A DNA stretch of 64,000 nucleotides from Haplodiscus bocki (lineage: Eukaryota). Made by a program: the position numbers and the translations under genes. Each line of letters opens with the position of its first letter. Position 1 is the first letter of the stretch. The notes below the pieces were generated by a model. It did not search any database, was not told where the DNA came from, and worked only from the letters and a program-made list of their open reading frames with translations. The DNA is taken from positions 79,236,001 to 79,300,000 of the forward strand of contig OZ296649.1 in assembly GCA_965655095.1 (NCBI GenBank), written 5' to 3'. Of this stretch, positions 62,451 through 64,000 are shown in pieces.

Positions 62451-64000
62451 TTTGTTGCATGACGCTTCCTGCCTTGAAACACTTCCGGCCCGCTAATAAT
62501 TAGCATCACAAGGTCGGAGGAATGCAGCGTTTATGTGAATCGAAAAAACTAAAATTCCTAAGTTGAATGGATCTAAACAGACAAAGTGAACTCAAAGAAA
62601 TCCCCTTTGAATGGAAAAATTCCGTAAGAATCAGTAAAAGTAATCGATAGAATAAAAACAAGCACAACTGTCCAGTTTCCAAAGTTGGCACGTGTTCGTA
62701 GTGTGATATAGTTGTTTGAGGTGGTCCCAAACTAATGTGTTTTATTTAGACGCAGATTCACTACAGCTACTTCTACTTTAATCAGTTAGCATTTTTTATA
62801 AGGAAACGAGTACGTAATTCAAGATTGATTAAAATAACTGTTTAGTTGAAAAAGACCATGAAGAAAAGAAAAAAAATCGACCATGAAGTAGCAGCATTAT
62901 GGGTTGTTTTCTCCAATGAAGTTACGATGGACGACAACAAACGTATTGTCGTCAGCATCTAGTTGAATTGAAGAAACAAACTTTTGGCGTCCATATACGG
63001 ATGTTGAGTTTTCCGACTTACAACGGTAAGGAAAAGAAAACAGGTGTCGTGGTATTCATGTCAGTTTCATTAGGGCTTGAGAGTGAGCGGTAATAAAATT
63101 TACGGCGCTCAGAACACAATCTTGTGAAGGCTGACGAAGTGGTTTCAGTTGAAGTTGATTTGGAAATGTTTCTTGGGCGTAGTAGAATCCGCGATCTAAT
63201 CTGCGGGAACTTCAAGCTCTGATTTGATACCCGTTTTTTCTGCGAAGATCGATTCATTTTAAGAAAAAGTAGTCGAGAATGAAAAACATACATGACGAAT
63301 GAGATATAGCACCGACGAAGCAACAAAAACAAAAATAATCCATGTGAACGATACCTGAAACGGAATATAAAGATTTAATTAACCGGTGAAAAATAGTTGG
63401 TTTCAAGGTTTTCATGTGTTGTGAAAAAAGGGGTTATCTCAGTTAACTAATTGATTCGACCGACTCTCGGGATTTTCATCAGTTTCTGTCTGATACTTTT
63501 CTGAAGTTTTACTCTGGCTTCTGCTTTCAAGTCTTTCAAGTAAAAATAGTAGGTTGTCTAGAGGATGGAGCTGGCATGATTAAACGGTTCCGCCAAGGAC
63601 AATTGAAACTTGTTTGGCGGTATCCGAGACGAAGGCGTGAGGTTTCACCCTGTGATAAGTTCACCTGTAGAGATTTGCACGCCATACGCTAAGGTATTGG
63701 AACAAACACGCGAGACTTGAAAGATTTTGAAGAAGTTTGCTGATGACAAAGAACATAACTCACTAAAAGTGAGATGAGTTGAGGCGAATTTTATGACCAA
63801 CAGACCAAAGGTGAACTTTTTGGTTTTTTCAACATTAAGTATTGAAAATGATAGAAATTTCATAAACCGTTAGCGCAGTGAAAGAATTAAAAAAATGAAA
63901 TTGCAACACAAGAAGAGTGACTTTATTCAATTGGAGAAGTTTCGAAAGTTCCACAACGGACCAAAACCTTGCTCATACTGTTCAGCTGACAAAACTGACA

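Overview
AT-rich metazoan genomic DNA with spliceosomal introns, not prokaryotic. There are two main occupants. (1) At 3698-16210 on the minus strand lies a full-length but mutationally decayed ~12.5 kb Ty3/Gypsy (Metaviridae) LTR element with unusually rich cargo. Its order is 5'LTR, PBS, a Cys-rich ORF upstream of gag, gag with two CCHC knuckles, pol (PR-RT-RNaseH-[TARG1/OARD1-like macrodomain]-integrase), a class-I-fusion-type env, an extra ORF ending in a DnaJ J-domain, and the 3'LTR. (2) At 20971-51545 on the plus strand lies a 13-exon divergent teneurin whose splice phases all join up to give ~2206 aa. It has only 6 EGF repeats, no unpaired dimerisation cysteine, and apparently stops at the RHS core without the ABD/Tox-GHH tail. 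The rest of the window holds two families of Helentron-associated (HINE-like) non-autonomous elements, a MITE, a 1090-bp tandem duplication and very degraded non-LTR retrotransposon relics. All homology calls are by-eye motif recognition; no searches were run.
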